Positions 17,487 to 20,000 of a stretch of 20,000 bases of DNA are shown here, in pieces. Positions within the stretch are counted from its first letter, which is position 1. Each line of letters begins with the position of its first letter. A model generated the notes under the pieces. The model was not told where the DNA came from. It worked only from the letters and a program-made list of their open reading frames with translations, and searched no databases. The stretch is from an uncultured virus (IMG/VR IMGVR_UViG_3300044266_000359) (lineage: Duplodnaviria > Heunggongvirae > Uroviricota > Caudoviricetes): the IMG/VR virus record IMGVR_UViG_3300044266_000359; one strand, given 5' to 3'. The position numbers and the translations under genes were made by a program.

Positions 17487-17537
17487 ATAGGACGCTGAAT
17501 AGGTCGGGTCCTATAGTAGACTTGCTTACTTAAGGAG
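17487..17537 (+). promoter_or_regulatory. third copy of the two-hairpin ROSE-like leader
   Basis: AUAGGAC-G-CUGA-AUAGG-UCGG-GUCCUAU (17487-17514) and CUU-G-CUU-ACUU-AAG-GAG (17521-17537). Confidence 0.72.
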
Positions 17538-17543
17538 AAAATT

Positions 17544-17825
17544 ATGTTTACACTAGACGCAACCATCGACGCCGTACAAAACGGTAAAAAACAATTCGTT
17601 AACACTTTCGTTCCAAACGAAAGCGTAAAAGAAACACTGAATAATTTCATTGACGCCCAAGCCGAATACACCAAGGCTGCGGTCAAAGTCGGACAAGACA
17701 CAGCTACCAAGTTGGCTAGCGAAATGACCAAGGCCATTGGCGAAGCTGCCAAGTTTGACTACACCAAGTTTGGCGAAGGCGTAATGAAGGCCTATGACAA
17801 CTTGGCCAAAGCCACTAAAAAGTAA
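17544..17825 (+). CDS. small amphipathic helical protein, putative phasin-like (93 aa)
   Basis: The ORF itself is solid (AAGGAG SD, terminator). The phasin-like call is inferred from Ala/Lys-rich amphipathic helices and the PhaR-type box. Confidence 0.55.
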   Translation: MFTLDATIDAVQNGKKQFVNTFVPNESVKETLNNFIDAQAEYTKAAVKVGQDTATKLASEMTKAIGEAAKFDYTKFGEGVMKAYDNLAKATKK

Positions 17826-17845
17826 TACCTAAGTATTATCCGTAC

Positions 17846-17872
17846 AAGCCCCTGTTTTAGGGGCTTTTTTTT
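17846..17872 (+). terminator. Rho-independent terminator
   Basis: AAGCCCCT-GTTTT-AGGGGCTT with a T-run to 17872. Confidence 0.9.
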
Positions 17873-17874
17873 GG

Positions 17875-17903
17875 TTGACCAGTAATTCCCGTTTTGTTAT
17901 AAT
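17875..17903 (+). promoter_or_regulatory. sigma70 early-type promoter, copy 1
   Basis: TTGACC-17 bp-TATAAT with extended -10 (TGt). Confidence 0.85.
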
Positions 17904-17909
17904 TTGAAC

Positions 17910-18119
17910 ATGGAAACACTAGCAAAACAAATTTTTCAAGAGAATCCCATCATTGCATCCGAGAGCATGTTGCTGAGTCTGGGGTTTGAACGTATGCGAA
18001 AAGAACAAGGATCCAAGGCTGCTCGTTATTACTTTTGGTATGACGAGGACTTCCCTGCAGACTATGTCAGTGAGTACTTTTGGCTGCAACGTCAGGTTCG
18101 AATCGGGGTTGACCAATAA
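17910..18119 (+). CDS. hypothetical phage protein (69 aa), probably leaderless
   Basis: ATG 6 nt after the -10 box; no SD. Confidence 0.7.
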   Translation: METLAKQIFQENPIIASESMLLSLGFERMRKEQGSKAARYYFWYDEDFPADYVSEYFWLQRQVRIGVDQ

Positions 18120-18137
18120 TTCCCATTTTGCTATAAT
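18109..18137 (+). promoter_or_regulatory. sigma70 early-type promoter, copy 2
   Basis: TTGACC-17 bp-TATAAT with extended -10 (TGc); 29/32 identical to copy 1 including flanks. Confidence 0.85.
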
Positions 18138-18146
18138 TACACTACT

Positions 18147-18305
18147 ATGAAGCCCATACAGTTTACACTGCCGCCTGTTAAGGAACGTCGACACCGTGCT
18201 CTATTCGATCGCGACTTGCCGTTCCGCGGACGTGTGGAAAAAAGCAAAACTGAGTATCAACGCAAACCCAAACATCGAGGCCGAGATGATAACCTTCACT
18301 CCTGA
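18147..18305 (+). CDS. 52-aa basic protein resembling alternative ribosome-rescue factor ArfA (not in ORF track)
   Basis: MKPIQFTLPPVKERRHRALFDRDLPFRGRVEKSKTEYQRKPKHRGRDDNLHS, directly behind a consensus promoter. It shares the AL..D..FRxRVEKxK...YxRKxKH pattern with ArfA. Confidence 0.65.
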   Translation: MKPIQFTLPPVKERRHRALFDRDLPFRGRVEKSKTEYQRKPKHRGRDDNLHS

Positions 18306-18504
18306 ACAAGAACAGTTCATGCAACTAACCCAAACTCGTTCGTACTATCAAGGTATGCGCGAAGGTGTTGAGTTATATGCACACTGGCGGGACGGTGTAC
18401 AGTATGTGGGTACCACTGGCCGCACTCTCAAGCAAGCTCTTGCTGATATCAACAGTGAAGAAGCACAGAGCATGGCTCGTTGCGATCGATTGAAGGTGAT
18501 ATGA
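18286..18504 (+). CDS. hypothetical phage protein (72 aa)
   Basis: Start moved to ATG 18286 after GAGG; ATGA coupling to the next ORF. Confidence 0.72.
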   Translation: MITFTPEQEQFMQLTQTRSYYQGMREGVELYAHWRDGVQYVGTTGRTLKQALADINSEEAQSMARCDRLKVI

Positions 18505-18827
18505 GCAACTCTAAACGCAGAAGCCACTCTAAGCGCAAAACCACGCGAGTACGAGTTGCCCAGGCTGAGTCCGTCGATTGGTGGACCGAGCCCAACATTG
18601 AATTCAAAAAGCACGAGCTCATTCCACGGACCAAAGATGTTTTTGGTGAGCCCGGAATCCAAGCAGGCCGTCGTTGGTTCTACAAAACCAATCGTGAATA
18701 TTTCTACAATCGAACGCCAACACTCAACGGTGGCTGGGTGAGCGTTTCCAGAACGCGAATGTTTCTTGACTTCTATTTCAAACGTCCAGAGGATGCCACA
18801 TGGTTTCAACTAAAGTGTATGGGCTGA
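18501..18827 (+). CDS. hypothetical phage protein (108 aa), basic N-terminus
   Basis: AAGGTG SD and ATGA overlap. Confidence 0.75.
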   Translation: MSNSKRRSHSKRKTTRVRVAQAESVDWWTEPNIEFKKHELIPRTKDVFGEPGIQAGRRWFYKTNREYFYNRTPTLNGGWVSVSRTRMFLDFYFKRPEDATWFQLKCMG

Positions 18828-19057
18828 TTGCAGCCTTGGTGTTGACCACAGCTGGTTGCACTACCAATCGTGCTCCGCCTGTTGATGTGAGACTCGTCCC
18901 TAATGATTGTGTTAACCGCCAACTGATAATAAACTATCTCAGTGAGCAAGCCGCACTGCCCCGCGGAACCCTTGAAAGCCAACAAGACTATGAACGTACT
19001 CGCGCAGAAATTCGTCAACGTATTTGGACCATGCGTTATTATTGCCAGCCTGTGTAG
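18800..19057 (+). CDS. putative lipoprotein
   Basis: Hydrophobic stretch followed by the lipobox TAGC. Confidence 0.72.
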   Translation: MVSTKVYGLIAALVLTTAGCTTNRAPPVDVRLVPNDCVNRQLIINYLSEQAALPRGTLESQQDYERTRAEIRQRIWTMRYYCQPV

Positions 19058-19280
19058 TGGTTGTGCAACAGGAACACCCAGCCGCGTGGCCATTGATCCC
19101 TATGACTTGAATTACTTTCAACCTGATTGCAGTCAAAAGGCACAGCAAATTGCATTTTTACAAAGTCTCCGCCGCAGTCCTGAAGATCGAGCATTCACGC
19201 TCAGTGGCTGGTTTGGTGTGGACGATCAAGTAAACTGGACCATTAACTCTCACATACTGTATCTCAAACAATACTGCTAA
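18990..19280 (+). CDS. putative lipoprotein (start uncertain)
   Basis: VIIASLCSGC lipobox-like segment; the following DC..K...I.FL pattern resembles the upstream lipoprotein. Confidence 0.62.
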   Translation: MNVLAQKFVNVFGPCVIIASLCSGCATGTPSRVAIDPYDLNYFQPDCSQKAQQIAFLQSLRRSPEDRAFTLSGWFGVDDQVNWTINSHILYLKQYC

Positions 19281-19840
19281 TGAAAAAATTATTGTTATTG
19301 ATTGCCTTGCCTGCTGTGGTTTCAGCGCAACAATGCGTGTTGCAAGACCGTACAGTGACTCGAGGTACTGTAGTCATCCAAGAGCGCAGTGAAATGCGAG
19401 CCGAAGTGGTACCAGCGTTTAACGGTGGCCGCAAGTGTATGGCCAGCTTTCGAGTACGAATTGGTGGCGAATGGCACAGCGCATTTGGTGAATACGAATG
19501 GCCTGGCGACCGACCCAGAGAAGAAGCCTGTGCTGTGGCTGTGAAACGTGCTGAAGATTCTGTGCGCGAGCGTGTGAGCCGGACTCAAGTTGTGACAGAA
19601 AAGACGTTGATTTGTTCAGACAATCCGGACCACCAAACCTTGCGGTCCATGAATCCTGGAACTATTGGCAAACTCAGCCAGTTCCGACCCCATCCTGATT
19701 TACCTCGTGAGTTTTGGCATAACGGTGCCCCATGCAGGTTCTTTTTGGATAGCACCTATACCGGATCCGATGTAAGGACTTGGCAAGGTGTGATTTGTAA
19801 GCTACAAGACTCAAATTGGGTAGTGGTTGACAAATTTTAA
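19280..19840 (+). CDS. secreted Cys-containing protein
   Basis: Signal peptide MKKLLLLIALPAVVSA-Q, six Cys, TAATG coupling. Confidence 0.82.
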   Translation: MKKLLLLIALPAVVSAQQCVLQDRTVTRGTVVIQERSEMRAEVVPAFNGGRKCMASFRVRIGGEWHSAFGEYEWPGDRPREEACAVAVKRAEDSVRERVSRTQVVTEKTLICSDNPDHQTLRSMNPGTIGKLSQFRPHPDLPREFWHNGAPCRFFLDSTYTGSDVRTWQGVICKLQDSNWVVVDKF

Positions 19841-19855
19841 TTTTGGTGCTATACT
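19827..19855 (+). promoter_or_regulatory. sigma70 promoter
   Basis: TTGACA-17 bp-TATACT with extended -10 (TGc). Confidence 0.8.
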
Positions 19856-19887
19856 ACATTATCCTCAACTAACCTGAAAGGTTTGAA

Positions 19888-20000
19888 ATGAAAGTTTATC
19901 GTTTGTTACTTGTTGCAGTCACTGCCAATTTGGTTGCCTGCGCCAGCGCCCAAAAAGCTGAAACTGTGGTTGCTCCGCAACCGGTTGCATCGGCACCGGC
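19888..20000 (+). CDS. putative lipoprotein, 3'-truncated by the window
   Basis: GAAAGG SD; MKVYRLLLVAVTANLVAC lipobox. Confidence 0.72.
   Translation, partial: MKVYRLLLVAVTANLVACASAQKAETVVAPQPVASAP

Noticed and set aside
18196..18285. GTG-start extension of ORF 18196-18504
   Set aside because: It overlaps the better-supported ArfA-like ORF; ATG 18286 has an SD.
1..20000. Bacterial chromosome origin, tRNA/rRNA genes, integrase or transposase, alternative genetic code
   Set aside because: Gene order and promoters are phage-like, no such RNA or mobility genes were seen, and known proteins translate full-length in the standard code.

Overview
The window looks like 20 kb of a large (jumbo-type) lytic dsDNA phage genome, probably infecting a proteobacterium. 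This is inferred from dense overlapping genes, an ATP-dependent DNA ligase, T4-late-like TATAAATA boxes, strong sigma70 promoters and host-like genes outside their usual operons. It carries a proteostasis/translation cluster (clpX, rpsU/bS21, dnaK, hsp20, clpS) and auxiliary genes (metallophosphoesterase, fatty acid desaturase, UDP-glucose dehydrogenase-family enzyme, UvsE). It also has a secreted module with a long Asn/Thr repeat and several small or lipoprotein ORFs. The most notable signals are missing from the ORF track. (1) A two-hairpin, ROSE-thermometer-like leader occurs three times, before dnaK, hsp20 and a phasin-like gene, with a related hairpin before clpS. (2) A PhaR-type operator overlaps the promoter of the phasin-like gene, which is divergent from a CDGSH-like/AKP-tail protein, suggesting a phage module coupled to host PHA granules. 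(3) An unannotated 52-aa ArfA-like ORF is present. (4) A ~158-nt structured RNA sits behind its own sigma70 promoter. (5) Many genes appear leaderless. All homology calls come from motifs recognised by eye; no searches were run.
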